Shown here: positions 63,923 through 64,000 of the stretch, in pieces | Layout of the letters: each line of letters begins with the position of its first letter | Position numbering within the stretch: the stretch's first letter is position 1 | Assembly: GCF_006345805.1 (NCBI RefSeq) | Contig: NC_043009.1 | Location: 21,452,001 to 21,516,000, forward strand | Source: Octopus sinensis | Lineage: Eukaryota | Length of the DNA: 64,000 nt | Direction of reading: 5' to 3' | Notes under the pieces: model-generated | Databases searched by the model: none | What the model was told of the DNA's origin: nothing | The model's input: the letters and a program-made list of their open reading frames with translations, nothing else | Translations under genes and position numbers: made by a program

Positions 63923-63968
63923 CCACTACAATTGTTTCGTGTCTCTTCTAAGGACATTCATCAGGTGG
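63923..63968 (-). ncRNA. Minimal type I hammerhead ribozyme motif
   Basis: CCAC-CUGAUGA-A-UGUC-CUUAGAAGA-GACA-C-GAAAC-AAUU-GUA-GUGG: intact core boxes and a palindromic loop 3, with an A-C mismatch at the base of stem II. Confidence 0.75.
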
Positions 63969-64000
63969 ATTTCAGATCTAAAATAATCAATATTTTTAAG

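Overview
AT-rich, repeat-dominated eukaryotic DNA, most likely octopus (inferred from the SINE/LINE families and the long (TA)n/(TATG)n tracts). There is a 100-N gap at 54028-54127. No complete protein-coding gene is visible. Gene-like signals are one convincing last coding exon on the minus strand (39374-39470, protein not recognised) and a CpG-rich promoter-like island with a TOP-like, ATG-only first exon on the minus strand (~16400-16432). Most of the window is transposon debris: RTE and CR1 LINEs, tRNA-derived SINEs, Helitrons, mariner/Tc1, piggyBac and Penelope-like elements. Most notable observations: (1) several distinct minimal hammerhead-ribozyme motifs linked to Penelope-like repeats, including a pair with a compensatory U3-A8 core and a covarying stem II; (2) a ~10.5 kb complex tandem array with a ~4.4-4.7 kb four-subunit higher-order period, lying between inverted copies of a GT/CA-rich element; (3) a tandem pair of structured-RNA candidates with H/ACA-like boxes at 43241-43560; (4) a ~250 bp tandem array whose units carry splice-site-flanked micro-exon-like segments. 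All alignments, folds and translations were done by eye; nothing was searched or computed. Many element boundaries are approximate.
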